Shown in pieces: positions 19,729-20,000 of a DNA stretch of 20,000 bases. The translations under genes were made by a program, and so were the position numbers. How positions within the stretch are numbered: the stretch's first letter is position 1; every line of letters starts with the position of its first letter. A model generated the notes under the pieces. The model saw nothing but the letters and a program-made list of their open reading frames with translations. It searched no databases and was not told the DNA's origin. Source of the DNA: Vicugna vicugna (Eukaryota); contig MU058478.1 of assembly GCA_013265495.1 (NCBI GenBank), forward strand, positions 501,980-521,979, read 5' to 3'.

Positions 19729-19873
19729 TTTTACTTTTTTAATTGATGCACAGTCAATTACAACGTGTCGGTTTCTGGTGCACAGCACCATGTCCCAGTC
19801 ATGCGGATACATACGTACATTCATTTTCATATTCTTCTTCATTAAAGGTTATCACAAGATATTGAATATAGTT
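19729..19873 (-). mobile_element. Short 5'-truncated lineage-specific L1 3' end
   Basis: Poly-T then aattgatgcacagtcaattacaacgtgtcggtttctggtgcacagcac...ttatcacaagatattgaatatagtt, the reverse complement of the element at ~14285-14415. Confidence 0.9.
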
Positions 19874-20000
19874 AGTCAATTTATAATAAGATGCCCGATC
19901 AAAGGGCTGACAGTTAACTTCAATAGATCACTCTCAGCGGATTTGAAATGCACTGAGGGTTAAGCCGCAGCGGGAAAAGGTCGTGATCTTTAAATTAAAG

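Overview
Mammalian, AT-rich, repeat-dense non-coding DNA, either intergenic or deep intronic. It is very probably camelid (alpaca/llama/camel), because it carries four copies of a tRNA-Ala-derived SINE matching the camelid Vic-1 type plus cetartiodactyl-type L1 3' ends. I find no recognisable host protein-coding gene, RNA gene or CRISPR array. The listed ORFs are L1 ORF2 remnants, antisense-L1 ORFs, microsatellite translations or chance ORFs. Most of the window is explained by layered retroelements (younger L1 3' ends, ancient L1M/L1ME/L1MC fragments, L2), one MER104-like DNA transposon and simple repeats. The structures most worth a second look are a 9-copy AT-rich minisatellite with nested (AAAAT)n tracts (1436-1980), an ~820-bp GATA/GGAT array with higher-order duplication and three G-quadruplex motifs (17684-18505), unusually CpG-rich L1 copies, and several informative insertion junctions. 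I found no convincing evidence for a new biological system. Repeat-family names come from recalled consensus sequences, not from a database search.
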